From the NCBI RefSeq assembly GCF_006345805.1, contig NC_042997.1:130882001-130946000 (forward strand): DNA of 64,000 nucleotides. The letters run 5' to 3'. The notes below the pieces were generated by a model. The model was not told the origin of the DNA. It made no database searches and saw nothing but the letters and a program-made list of their open reading frames with translations. Origin of the DNA: Octopus sinensis. Lineage: Eukaryota. Shown here piece after piece: positions 1-12,270 of the stretch (its first letter is position 1; each line of letters begins with the position of its first letter). The translations under genes were made by a program, and so were the position numbers.

Positions 1-208
1 GGATGTCAAGATATTAGTGCATTACGGCCGTCTCAGGCGGCTCCATTTAATCGAACAATGCAAGCTTTACTTCAATTTGAAATACACCGCCATCTTCGGA
101 TGCAAAAATATAGGTTTTCAACATACAGGATACTGTATAATTTTTATTCTCTAGTTCTGATGAAATATTTGCTGAAATGTGGTTGGTAAGCAAACTACTT
201 ACAACACA

Positions 209-290
209 GCCACGCATGCGCCTATGGTCAAGCCTGCGCCAATGGCCACACCTGCGCCTATGGCCACGCCTGCGCCTATAGCCACGCCTG
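209..290 (-). repeat. About 4.5 tandem copies of an 18-bp SINE 5'-terminal unit
   Basis: Units of GCCACGCCTGCGCCTATR follow a reverse-oriented SINE head fragment (ggttggtaagcaaactacttacaacacag). Confidence 0.8.
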
Positions 291-607
291 TGTGTATATA
301 TATATATAATATAATATAATATAATATAATATAAATGATATATAAATATATGCATACATATATGTACATACCTACATATATATGTATATATGCATGCATA
401 TATGGTTACAGGACATGAATAAAAACGTGGACAGAATGAGAAACGAGAACATAAAAAACAAAAACATAGGAAACGAATTTTTTTTTCGAACAACGAAAAC
501 AATAAATAAATAGAAATCGAGACATGCAACATAAAGAACATTCCCTTCTTCAGTTGTCCCCTGTTTTATCTACTCCGCGTTCGAAGGTAAAGAATACTGT
601 ATATACA

Positions 608-1094
608 CAGTAATGCCTCGATACACGGGTTAATTCGTTCCAGAACTCGCTCGCGGAGCGAAAACTCGTAAAGAAAAGCACTAACTTTCCATAATAGCAA
701 TATTAAGAATCGTAATTCGTACAGCAGCAGAATGTAAAGAATATTTTATGTAAAGTAAGAAGGATGTCAAAATCATTTATAATAAAAGACATTATTGTTA
801 TAATCGTTATTATTATTATTATAATCTAAATCACTTTCATTCGCATTAGACTCGCGCACACCATCCCGATCGCCGATTTATAAGCACTCGTAGACGGACT
901 TGTAGATTCTTAAAAAAACAAGTCTAACGTTGTTTGCTGAGAAGAATCTTTTTTTCGCTTTCTATAAATTTCTCAGTAACACGCAGAAGCATTTCTTATG
1001 GTAGTAGAAACTTTTGTACTTCGTTCAAAATTTGGATCTTGTGCTTGAAAAATAAAACTCGTAAAGCAGGTCCTCGTAAAGTGAGGTGTTACTC
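608..1094. mobile_element. Tigger/pogo-like MITE
   Basis: Imperfect TIRs CAGTAATGCCTCG...CG and CG...GTGAGGTGTTACTC, with TA after the right end. Confidence 0.5.
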
Positions 1095-1100
1095 TACTCA

Positions 1101-1838
1101 TTTTAGTCATTAGACTGCAGCCATGTTAGAACAACGCCTTGAAGAATTTTTAGTCGAATGAATCGACCCCAGTAATTATTAATTTTTTTTTAAGCCTGGG
1201 ACTTATTCTATCGGTCTCTTTTGCCGAAGCGCTAATTTACGGGGACGTAAACACACCAACACCGGTTGTCAAGCGGCGATGGGAGACAAGCACAGACATA
1301 CACACACGTGTATATATATATATATATATCCATCCTGCACCTATATTAGAAAACGACAGCGGCGGTAGTGGCCACGGTGGTGGCAGCAGCGGCAGTGGTG
1401 GCAGCAGCGGCAGTGGTGGCAGCAGCGGCGGCGGTGGTAGTTGTGGCGGCGGCAGCAGTAGCAGCGGCAACCGCGCGGTAGCTCTTGATACTAATTGATT
1501 CTTGATACTAATTGTTATATATATATATAACAAAGTGAAGTTGTAAGGTACCGCACGAGTGGAAATATAATATGAAAGAAGGTTTGAAAATGCAAAACAT
1601 CTTTAAAATTGCATTTTCAAACCTTCTTTCATATATATATTTCATACATATGTATATTTCATATATGTATATATATAATGGGCTCCTTTCAGTTTCCATC
1701 TACCAAATCCACTCACAAGGCTTTGGTCAGCCCAAGGCTAAAATAGAAGATACTGGTCTAAGGTGCTATGCAGTGGAAATGAACCCGGAACCATGTTGAT
1801 AGAGAGCAAGCTTCTTACCACACAGCCATGCCTGCGCT
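1101..1838 (-). mobile_element. tRNA-derived long SINE (family A) split by a ~350-bp insertion at its internal microsatellite
   Basis: The tail half (1101-1310) and head half (1680-1838) match the other copies, for example 3858-4265. Confidence 0.8.
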
Positions 1839-2150
1839 AGCGTTCTATCTTTTCGTAAAGATATTTGTTCACATTCATTATCATACCTTACGTCCAATCA
1901 CTATTGTCACTGTTTTAAATCTCACGCCTCACATCCTGTTTATTTTCATATCAAAAGCTTTGTGTTTTTTGATAGTTTCTCGACTTCCCCAACGATCATT
2001 GTTTTTTTTATTTTATCAGAATATAAAGATCCTCTTTTCTGATTTCAATAATTATATCTGGTTAAGCATGTCTCAAGTTATCGCAACCAGATTATTGTTA
2101 TATACCGTATTTTATATACTTATTCATTTCCTTTGAGTTTATTTATTTCA

Positions 2151-2538
2151 CTAGCAGTATCGCCCGGCGTTGCTCGGGCTTGTTTCGACCCTTTAGAATT
2201 GGAATTTTTGAAAAGTAAAAATTTTGCATTATGTAACTTGTTATTCTCTTTAAGTGAACATTTTTTCTGATTGAAATACACCGAAAGATGGCGACACAGC
2301 AGTCAAAAAGTCGTAAAAAAATAGGGATTTTCATAGAAAAAAAGCACCTCTTTGGTGTAAATAATTTTTGGTGTTAACATGGTCCGATTTGAATTTTATC
2401 TTCTACGGAATGAAGGGCAAGCCTTCTTCTATCATACTCTCAATTTTGGTCAACTTGCACCGCAGGGTCTCGGAGGAGATAGTGTTAGTTGAAGGCTACC
2501 AAACCTGCCATACACAGACAACTTCAGCTTTATATAGA
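2151..2538 (-). mobile_element. Non-autonomous Helitron, subfamily 2
   Basis: On the minus strand: 5' TCTATATAAAGCTGAAG and a 3' hairpin CCCGAGCAACGCCGGG followed by CTAG. Same body as the 50284 and 53841 copies. Confidence 0.8.
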
Positions 2539-3857
2539 GAGAGATTTGTCTTATTTTCATCGCGTGCTCTCACGATGCATTTAGTTACTTAGTTTTTAGT
2601 TACGGTTTTATCTGCAAGTCTCGAATCATTCTCAAGCATCTTTATAACGGAGATTCCTTCAGTTTTCAGTCCCCATATTCAAATTATTTCTATTTCCAGT
2701 ACTAGGTATATGGATTATTGATCCATTTCTTTTAGAAATAAATTATCACCTGCTTAGGATCAATACTCCAATTAAGAGCCAAGGCCTTCCTTGATGGTCA
2801 CTGACAATATTAACCGGCTGATTAGCTTTGATTTCTATGTCTGTGGGAATTGGCATATCCTAAAGTACGGAGTCTTTGTCATTCTCTGAGATGTATGTAC
2901 AAACCACCTCGTTTATGTTGGCATATATAATGCTGGCATAATTTCTAGTGTACGAAAGCCCTAATTATATAATCTCTCTTGATGTGTTTCTATCTTGGCT
3001 AAGAGTAGCTAATTGTTTTTTATCAACTTCATTTAGCAGACTTCTTAGAGCTTTGGGAAAAATGCCTCGAGGAATTTAGTAACAGATCAGCGTTCCGAGT
3101 TCAAATCTCACCGAGATTATCTTTGCTTGTCAGTCATCTGGTGTCGATAAAATAAAGTCAAGAACTAGGGACGATCCAACTGACTAATACCTTTCCTAGC
3201 CTTCCATCCTGCACCTATGTTAGAAATCGGCAGCGGCGGCAATAGCAGCGGTGGTGGTAGCAGCGGCAGTGGTGGCGGCAGCGGCGGCGATGGTAGTTGT
3301 GGCGGCGGCAGCAGTAGCAGCGACAACCGCGCGGTAGCTCTTGATACAGATTTTTGTATATGTAATTTTTGCGGTTTGGGATGTAATTGTTGTTTAGGAC
3401 TAAGTCAGTCCTGAATAGGAAGATCTTTGGTGAAAAGTGGTTCCGTCGTGACCCTCTCATCTTTTGGCATATTTAACATTTCCTTTTTTTTTATCTTTTT
3501 TTTTTAAGTCGGTAAGTTTTAATTTGAGGGATTTTGGCCGCTGTTTCTAACGGGTCATGTTACCACACAGAGGTCTCCTCGTTCGGTGGTGAGGTTTTAT
3601 TTATACATTTTCCTGTATCGTTCCCAATGAAGAGTACACAAATACCCCGTATCATTTTCGACCTCAACAATGCAATGAAGCAGTGATTTGTCGGTTGAAC
3701 CCCAACCTCTTAAAGTTCAAAGGTTCAATACGGCTATCTATTGTTCACGAGTGCATTCAATACAAAAATAGGCATACATGCGTGCATACACATATGATAC
3801 AAGCACATTGTAGTAATCTCATGTTGAAGCGGAGTGTAACTGTAAAATATTTATGTA

Positions 3858-4029
3858 AGACGTAGGAGTGGTTGCGTAGTAAGTAGCTTGCTTACTAACC
3901 ACATGGTTCCGGGTTCGGTCCCACTGCGTGGCACCTTGGGCAAGTGTCTTCTACTATAGCCTCAGGCCGATCAAAGCCTTGTGAGTAGATTTGGTAGACG
4001 GAAACTGAAAGAAGCCCGTCGTATATATG

Positions 4030-4066
<37 letters not shown>

Positions 4067-4265
4067 CTGTGTTTGTCCCCCCAAAATCGCTTGAAAACCG
4101 ATGCTGGTGTGTTTACGTCCCCGTAACTTAGCGGTTCGGCAAAAGAGATTGATAGAATAAGTACTAGGCTTACAAAGAATAAGTCCTGGGGTCGATTTGC
4201 TCGACTAAAGGCAGTGCTCCAGCATGGCCACAGTCAAATGATCGAAACAAGTAAAAGAGTAAAAG
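3858..4265 (+). mobile_element. tRNA-derived long SINE (family A), full length
   Basis: A/B-box-like head (tggttgcgtagtaag...gggttcggtccc), internal (TA)/(TG)n and an AGTAAAAG repeat tail. Multiple copies occur in the window. Confidence 0.88.
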
Positions 4266-4869
4266 CGTATGGAAACACAATCTTTTCGATCCCATTTAAT
4301 CTGTTTCTCTTTGATTCGTGTCGCATAGGGTATAAAATGTGGTCTTTTATTTAGATCTTCATAATTTTTAACGAGCACCGATATATTTATTCCAAGAAAC
4401 GCGAACGCTTCATCCTCTCAGGGTTGATGAAATTGCCAGCGTCGAACCATAATTTGAAACCATTGTATCAGACACCAGAATATTAGATACCGATCATTCT
4501 AGCCAACGACCCTTTTACGATGTACAAGACACTCCATATCCGGTATTCAGATAACCAGAACTTTCAATTAACTGGCATTCAGAAATGTGCGCGCGTTGCT
4601 TTCGTAATGTATATTTTGTTGGAAAGAAAATCTATGAATTGTTAATTAAGGTAAAGAGAGATTTTGCGTTGTGTCAGTTTGGTATCAGTAAAAGAAAGCA
4701 AGTTTCTGCTGCATCTAAAATGGATTACCGCTTCTCAAAGAATAGCATTTTGATTTATGTTACTGCATTTACAGTACCTCCATTTATTAGGTTAATAAAA
4801 TTTGTTCTTTATTTAAATTACTCTTTTATTTCTTCATATTACTATCATTTTCACTATATTTGGTTTCAA

Positions 4870-5068
4870 ATTTTGACACAAGACCAGTAACTTCGGGGGG
4901 GGGGGGTAAATCGATTGCATCGACCCCAGTGTACAACTGGTACTTATTTTACCGACCCCGAAAGGGTGGAAAGCAAAGCCGACCTCGGTGGAATTTGAAC
5001 TCAAGACATCAAAACGGACGAAATGACGCTAAGCATTTTGCCCGGAGCAGTAACGATTCTACCAGCTC
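4870..5068 (-). mobile_element. Short tRNA-derived SINE (family B)
   Basis: Shares the gagttcaaattcc-ccgaggtcg-cttt...tcggggtcg core with the other family B copies. Confidence 0.75.
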
Positions 5069-5776
5069 TATTGCCTTATCATTAAGAATACTAACAATAA
5101 TACTGGTGCATATAGAGAGTCTTAATGAGCTTTGTAAGATAATATGGTAATTTAAAGAGTGATGGATAGATATCCTGAAAATCCACTCTCTCTCTCTCTC
5201 TCGCTCTCCTATCACTTTTCATGGGAGACAACTCTCCATCTCCTGGCTTTGTCATTCCGTTCGATATCCCTTCATTTCTCTAGGCACAAGATGCTACTTA
5301 GAAAGACGCAGATCTTCTCAAGCCTATTATAACATCAAGGGTTAGCAAATAAACATTAGTCCTGCTTCAATGTTAAAGCTTCCAGGCATGCAAAGAGCAG
5401 AGCAGACAATAACACGTCTTAGCCCCTATTTGTTCCCAGGTGTACTCTGATCCGGAATAGTACCACCTGTCAGGATTCCAGCTATGGCTTAACTAGTAAC
5501 GTATTGACAAACTGGGAATGAAGTTGTCAATACATCTCCTCAGAATTTCCTTCTAGGAGCAGGTAAACTCATATATAAAAAAAAAAACCTGAAGGGCAGT
5601 TGATTTCTAGTTGTCTGAACCTCTGTTGTGCCACTGATGTAATTGCTGATTGTACCGAAAAGTGGGTCCAGTGCGGTGCAACATTTTATACACTGAAAAC
5701 AAATTCTTGCACATGAACTTCTTGGACACTTGATTGTAAGAAGTGATCTTATTCGGTTGCGAGTTAACATTCACGT

Positions 5777-5901
5777 TACATACATACATGCATACATACA
5801 CGCACAGACGTACGCATAAATACATACACACACACATACATACATACATACATACATACATACATACATACATACATACATACATACATACATACATACA
5901 T
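5777..5901. repeat. (TACA)n microsatellite
   Basis: Direct reading. Confidence 0.95.
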
Positions 5902-6056
5902 AACTACATACGTATGTACGTACGCCCGTATATATGTACGATGTATGTATGCATGTATGTATGTATGTGATTGTATATACGTGTGTGCCAATATCATCAT
6001 CATCATCACCACCACCACCACCACCACCACCACCATCACCATCATCATTATTATTT

Positions 6057-6238
6057 AGGCAGCAAGCTGGCAGAGTCGTTAGCATGCCGGGCGAAATGCT
6101 TAGCAGTATTTCATCTGCCGCTACGTTCTGAGTTCAAATTCCGCCGAGGTCGACTTTGCCTTTCATCTTTTCGGTATCGACGTAATCAACTAGTTCCCTC
6201 CTCCAAACTTTCAAGGCCTTGTGTCTTAAGCAGAAAGA

Positions 6239-6286
<48 letters not shown>

Positions 6287-6755
6287 GAGGCACAGAACTG
6301 GCAGAATCGTTAGTACGCCGGGTGAAATGTTTAGCGGCATTTCGTCCGTCGCTACGTTCTATGTTCAAATGCCGCCAAGGTCGACTTTGCTTTTCATCCT
6401 TTCGGGGTCGAAAATTAAGTACCAGTTGAACAATAGGGTCGATATAATCGACCAACCCCTTCCTCTAAAATTGCTGCCCTTGTGACAAAATTTGAAACTA
6501 TTATTATTATTGTTGATGTTATTAAGGTGGCGAGCTGTCAAAATCGTTATCGCACCAGCAAAAAATGTTTAGCGTTATTCCTTCCAACCTTACGTTCTGA
6601 GTTCAATTACTGAGGTCGACTTTCCCTATCATTCCTTTCTGGGTCTATAAAATAAGCACCAGTTGATCACTGGGATCGATATAATCGACTATTCCCCTCC
6701 CCCAAATTACCACGCCTTCTGCCTAGAGTAGAAAGGATTATTATTATTATTATTA
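6057..6755 (+). mobile_element. Three head-to-tail family B SINEs separated by (ATT)n tails
   Basis: Heads ggcagcaagctggcaga (6057), ggcacagaactggcaga (6288) and ggtggcgagctgtcaaa (6526). (ATT)n at 6238-6286, about 6500-6512 and 6738-6755. Confidence 0.85.
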
Positions 6756-7140
6756 CGTTGACAAGAGGTGTTATCCTGAGGTTTGGTGATAAAAAGTCTC
6801 TCCAAATCTTAAAAATCTTTTTTTTTTAGAATTCTTGCAAAATAAAGGTTCTGCTCATTGATTAAACATGTCTCAATTCCAAAATATCTAACAGTTTGAT
6901 ATTTCAAATCTTCAAGATCTAATCTTCCTAAACTTTTTTCATAAACATAGAATAATTTAGGAATCTATGAAATAAAGTTAAATTTCGTAAAACCATCAAA
7001 AATATATTGACCAATATACAGTTCTGTTTATCTTTTTTTAAGGCCAACTTTTTATGTAACTGTTCCGTGTTGTGCTTTACGTATATCCTCGAATATGCTT
7101 CTGTACTATTTCGTTTACACATTTCCTTTTCTCATTTCAG

Positions 7141-8289
7141 TCGTTTCCGAATGTGTCAGACGTCGGTGAATATCTGGAAGGTCTTAGTGCTCAGTCGGCC
7201 AAACGAAATCTTCCTGTTATCTTATATTTGGCATTCTTGATGATCATTGGTATTTTTGGAAATTCCCTCGTTTTGTACGTCTACAGCTACCGCTTTAAGC
7301 GATCGTCTTCTGTATATTTTATCATATCTTTGGGAATATTTGACTTATTAGCTTGTGTTATTGCAATACCAGTAGAGATCTACGATATCCAGCATAAGTA
7401 TACGTTTTACAGTCCGATTGCTTGCACTTTGGTACGGTATTGTGGTTCTTTTGTCCAGTATTCTTCTGTGTATCTTTTGGTTGGAGTAGCTATAGATCGC
7501 TACATCAAGATATGCTATCCTCTCAAAATGATATCACCCAAAAAAATAAAATGGATGTGTGTCGGAGCAGCAATTGCTGGAGTGATTTCGTCGTCACCAA
7601 CTTTTTTACTTTATGGCATAAAAAAAGAGAAAACTCCTCACCCAGACATTCACGGTGGTAATTGTTCTATTGCTCAAAAGTACTCCAGAACTCTCTTCGA
7701 AATGATATATTTTTTGCTGATGTCCGCAACATTTGTTGCTTGCGTGCTCTTGATGATAATTCTGTACAGTCTCATATGGTGTACTGTAAAACGTCGTCGT
7801 GGTTCGGTTATTGGCGATTCAGTGAGGAAAACTAGTGAGACAGACAGCACCAAACGTATGTATTACAAAAAACAAACGAGTGTCAACAGTGACGATGACA
7901 ACAATTCTGTCTTTCTACCAAACAACCACAGTAAATCGTCCAGCAAGCGACTTCGGAGAAGAATGAGTAGCGTTTCTGCTGTTTTGAAAAAAATCAAAGT
8001 TACCCGTACAACAGTTCTGCTCTTTGCTGTTACCCTTGCTTTTATTTTGAGTTACTTCCCATCAGTCGTTGCTATGGTTTATTTGAAGAAAATCCCTAAA
8101 TACGAATTACTTTACACGTTTTTCGTTAAATTTTCCTTCATGAATAACGCCATAAATCCTATAATTTATAGTTTTTTAAACGTAAACTTCCGAACCGAAT
8201 GCAAGGAATTATTGAAAAGGTGTTACTGTGGCAAGATCAAACCTCCTTCAAGACAGACATCAATGGAAACAGAAGAAGACGTGAAATAA
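7141..8289 (+). CDS. Class A (rhodopsin-like) orphan GPCR, main coding exon; resembles the molluscan CCK-receptor-like annotated group; 5' exon not identified
   Basis: Seven hydrophobic segments with GN (TM1, GIFGN), FDLL (TM2), ECL1-TM3 Cys, AIDRY (TM3) and NPIIY (TM7). A polypyrimidine tract plus CAG at 7138-7140 is an in-frame phase-0 acceptor. TAA stop at 8287-8289. Confidence 0.93.
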   Translation, partial: SFPNVSDVGEYLEGLSAQSAKRNLPVILYLAFLMIIGIFGNSLVLYVYSYRFKRSSSVYFIISLGIFDLLACVIAIPVEIYDIQHKYTFYSPIACTLVRYCGSFVQYSSVYLLVGVAIDRYIKICYPLKMISPKKIKWMCVGAAIAGVISSSPTFLLYGIKKEKTPHPDIHGGNCSIAQKYSRTLFEMIYFLLMSATFVACVLLMIILYSLIWCTVKRRRGSVIGDSVRKTSETDSTKRMYYKKQTSVNSDDDNNSVFLPNNHSKSSSKRLRRRMSSVSAVLKKIKVTRTTVLLFAVTLAFILSYFPSVVAMVYLKKIPKYELLYTFFVKFSFMNNAINPIIYSFLNVNFRTECKELLKRCYCGKIKPPSRQTSMETEEDVK

Positions 8290-10625
8290 ATATAAAGATC
8301 TGGGGAAAATTAGTGGACAAGTGTCTTCGTATGTACAGCCCCATGCTAATAATGTAACGGTGCAGAAAATGTGTAACAATTCTATTATATGAAAGCACTA
8401 CATTAATCTTTCGATTGTTTTATTCCTATGAAAAACAGATCATATCGACGTTGAAAAAGTAAAATAAGTTCATTTCTAAGCCACGTGACCCAGTATAGCC
8501 AAAACCGATTGACAGAAACAGTAAAAGAATAAGAGTTTGTATGGAGCGTCACGTCATTAAGAGAGGAGATAAAAACAGCCTTTCCTAAGAATATTAACAA
8601 CGTAAGCGAAAGGAAAATAATCTAAATTGGTATCGAAACAGAACTGCAGACATACTTCTACATCGCGACATCCAGCATAAAAAGTACAATTACAGATATG
8701 TAACACGCATCTAATTCTAACCAAATCAAAGTAAAATAACCAACAAGAAAATCTAGCTTTCCGTTTAAGAAATACATCAACCAACTGCAATTTTAGTATG
8801 ACGACGTGCTTCCGTTATCAACATTCAATATTTTACTGAGAATCTTCAATTTCTGGCCCTTTGTTATGTCATGACCTAGCGCTTCTCTCTTCTACAGATA
8901 TTAAAGTGGATTTTAATATCCACTCTAATGGTAATTAAAAGAAAATTGCAGCAGCACATCATGTCTTGAAATAGAAGGTAGAACCCGTTTTCTGCTTCTG
9001 ATTTCCTATTGTGTGTCTCTCTTTTAAGTGTGACACCAGATAGTCTATGTATTTCTACATTTCAAGGGCAGAAGACATATTGTGGGTATTATCTTACGTC
9101 ATACGTAACCACTTCAAGGTTTAATATTAAGTTCATTCCTTCATTATTACCTGAGATATCACCACGTGCAATGACCAATGCCTCTCACTGAACATTCACA
9201 AATATCAATGCACTCACAAAATTTCTCATATCAACATCAAGCAGGGAGAGAAAAGTAAAAGACTCATCCATTAATCTTATTCGAAAGTTGATCATTGCAA
9301 TTAAGATGTAATGAGCTCACACCTACATAATAATAACTATTAACTAGTCACCATACTCTTTTTTTAAATACTTTTTTCCTGTCAAAAGTAAATTAAATGT
9401 TTACTATGGAAATTTTCTTGGAAGCCGAATTCATTTTGAACCAGAAACAAACTCTCAGCACGCATCCTAGTCTTTTCCAGGAATAGAATAAAGATGAGTG
9501 CAACTCGCACCGAGTGCTTATGTGTCAATTTAAAATATACGTTTGCCTGAGCTATCTCAGATAATTATTTGTTATCCCTGCTTTAAGGGGATAATCCTTC
9601 ACTGCCAGTTCTTGCCAGCTTTCAGCTTTTAAAATCAATTACAAAATTGATTCACATTCACCGATCACTCTTAAAAATATTCACGAACAGAAAGAGAAAT
9701 CTTGATAAATTTCTTGTTATACCTAAAAATTTTTATCATTCAAGATTTCTTAACTTCATTAAATCCAATGCAACAAGAACAGGAAGAAAACATTGCATGA
9801 AATGCAGTGTATGACGATTACTAACTGTATATAACCCCCACCTCCAGTCATCGTAGCTTCAATTTGTTGCTCTGCTTCAATTGAAAAGTGACTTTATTCC
9901 CCAAAATTTTATCTATCCAGTGAGAGATTGTCTCACTAATTTCATATTTCATGTTACATTTTAAATTTCACAGGGCAAAATGCAATTTCAATCATCTTAC
10001 TCAAAGAGATTACATGTAAACTTCATTCAAAGTTAATTTCATATCATGTTATTATGTTTGTAAATCATACAATTCCATTAAATACTTAATAAAATTTTGC
10101 GGCTATTTTTACCTAAAAAAAAAGTGAAATAAAAAATAAAAACGTTTGTGTGAATATGTTCTTTTTTAATTTTGTTAATGTGAAAAGTACATGTTGTCAT
10201 CAATAACTTGTATAAATCGATCGATACCCCAAAACCACTCGATAGTTTGAGTGCTAAGCCTGTTTCATCCATTCAGTAGCATAAACAGCCACTCTCCCAC
10301 AAAGATCGTTATTCCCAGATTATATGTCCCGTGTAATGTGGGAATCGATTAAAATAAAAAGATGTATGTTCTGTAATTCTCACCATCATAGATATTCTGA
10401 TTGTGCAGGGTGCGACAAAAAAAAGAAAGTAAAAGAAAAGAGCCTCCCAGATTCAACATTCTTGATAAACGTTTCATAAGTAAACAGAGTGTGCACCAGT
10501 CCAAGCTATGATAGTAACCGAAAGAAAACTACTCGTTAACTCCATGAAGATATCCTTACTATCCGCTTAAATTCATTGGCGTCACACTAATGCGAAGTTC
10601 TTTTGTCGCAACCAGTATAAATTCC

Positions 10626-11254
10626 AGATCTTTTCCTTTCGAACGGCAGACAATTTCTAGTTAACTAAACACTTTAAAACTTCGTATACTGGTAGAATGT
10701 GTCAAAATAAAACATTTTTTTCTCTTGGCTTTCTTGAGAAAATTGTAATTTGTTTGTTTAACGTAGTTTAATTTTTCGAATTTTAACCAATCCTATACTC
10801 TCTTTTGAGCTAAAATCACTTGCTGCTTCCAAAACTGAGACAACATCCAGTAACTAACCCTAAACCTCCCCCCCAACCCTAACCCTTACCCAACATTTTT
10901 TTTTCGTAATTGTTAAATTAATTCAATTGTTACGCGTGTAAAAAAAACTAAAGCAATGGAATTAAATTAATTTAACAATTAAGAAAAAAAATTAGGGTTA
11001 GGGTTAGGGTTAGTTACAGGATGTCTCAGTTTTAGACGCAGCAAATGATTTTAGTTGAATGGAGGTAATCGATTGGTTAAAATTGTCGAAATACTCGGAT
11101 TTTCAGACGAAATATCTTACAAACTATAGAATTTTCTCAATAAAACCAAGAGAAAATGATGTTTTATAAACACATTCTACCAGTATACGAAGTTTAAAAG
11201 TGTTTAGTTAACTAGAAATTGTGTTGACATCTGCCGTTCAAAAGGAAAAGATCC
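10626..11254. mobile_element. 629-bp foldback MITE, Merlin-like, with internal telomeric repeats
   Basis: Whole-length inverted repeat with termini (A/G)GATCTTTTCC...GGAAAAGATCC. Perfect 8-bp TSD TAAATTCC (10618-10625, 11255-11262). (TTAGGG)3 at 10992-11009. Confidence 0.8.
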
Positions 11255-11314
11255 TAAATTCCTTTCAAAGTTAAATTTCTGCAACCTTCAGAACAATTTT
11301 TTCCAATGTACAAA

Positions 11315-11377
<63 letters not shown>

Positions 11378-11929
11378 CAATTCATTTCTCCCTCTTCTAG
11401 CTCCCTCCTCATTCTCATCTACCTTCCTCGTCCCCTCTCCCTCTCTCTCTTTCTCTTTCTCAAATTTATACAATGATTTTATCTTCTACATGAAGCATTC
11501 TTTCTGAGATAAAGCATATCCTTTCAATACCATACTGGAGCATGGGATAGCTTGTACGTACTTGCTTGACCGTCTACAAATAGCAACCAAATCTCCCTCA
11601 TATCACACCATGCCGTCTTGTAAAATAGCTTGGATAATGTATCGCATGATAACACTGAAATGTCAGAACGGTTTTTGCTAGAAAGCCTTTAATACCAGAA
11701 ATCGATCAATGCGAGTCTGAGCGGAAGCGAAACAGCTACCACCATCACCATTACATTGATGATACTAGGAGTTGGTGGCGAGGTAAAGTACAGTCATCAT
11801 GACTTTGAAATGTGGAATATTTAGACGTTAGTGAAATTGGGACAGAAGAAGATAGAAGATATAGAAACCAAAACTTCCTTCTACTAAACGTAATTTCAAA
11901 GGACTACGCGACGCCTATGATGAACAAAG

Positions 11930-12264
11930 GGAGAGAGATAGAGAGCCAATGATAGGGGGGACAACTAGACCGTCCAGAAGTCAAACTTCTGTGAGTTACT
12001 GACCATATTTGTGGAAGGAGCAAGGCCCGTGTTCCAGTCGGATTGAGGATGACATGATGATGTAATAGTACAGTGGACAGAACCACAAAAGCCAAGCCTC
12101 GAAAGAGTGAAGACGACGAATGTTCGAGCTGAGCGATCAACGGAACAGCCTGTTCGTGAAATTAACGTGCACATGACTGAGCACTTCACAGACACGCGTA
12201 CCCTTAACGTAGTTGTCAGGAAGATTCAGTGTGATACAGAAAATGACAACGCTGGCCCTTTAAA
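11930..12264 (+). mobile_element. Interspersed repeat (SINE-like); related copy at about 52270-52400
   Basis: The segment gctgagcacttcacagacac...cttaacgtagtt...ggagatt...gtgacacag...ggccctttgaaat is shared between the two sites. Confidence 0.5.
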
Positions 12265-12270
12265 TCTATA

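Noticed and set aside
199-399. Elastin-like GVAIGA repeat ORF
   Set aside because: It is the translation of the 18-bp SINE-terminus repeat plus (TA)n.
2590-3000. Possible LINE reverse-transcriptase remnant
   Set aside because: The motifs are too degraded to support by eye.
3217-3414. Gly/Ser-rich 65-aa ORF as a structural protein gene
   Set aside because: It is a low-complexity duplicated module with no splice or homology support. It is kept only as a repeat finding.
3858-3940. tRNA genes at A/B-box-like motifs (also 14030-14060 and 61055-61130)
   Set aside because: There is no complete cloverleaf. The first and last are SINE heads, and the 14030 match is only a short A-box-like string.
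7072-7140. ORF-track GTG start and N-terminal 23 aa of the GPCR
   Set aside because: The segment is a polypyrimidine tract ending in CAG, so it is most likely intron.
8285-8290. AATAAA overlapping the GPCR stop as the poly(A) signal
   Set aside because: The hexamer is common in AT-rich DNA and there is no transcript evidence.
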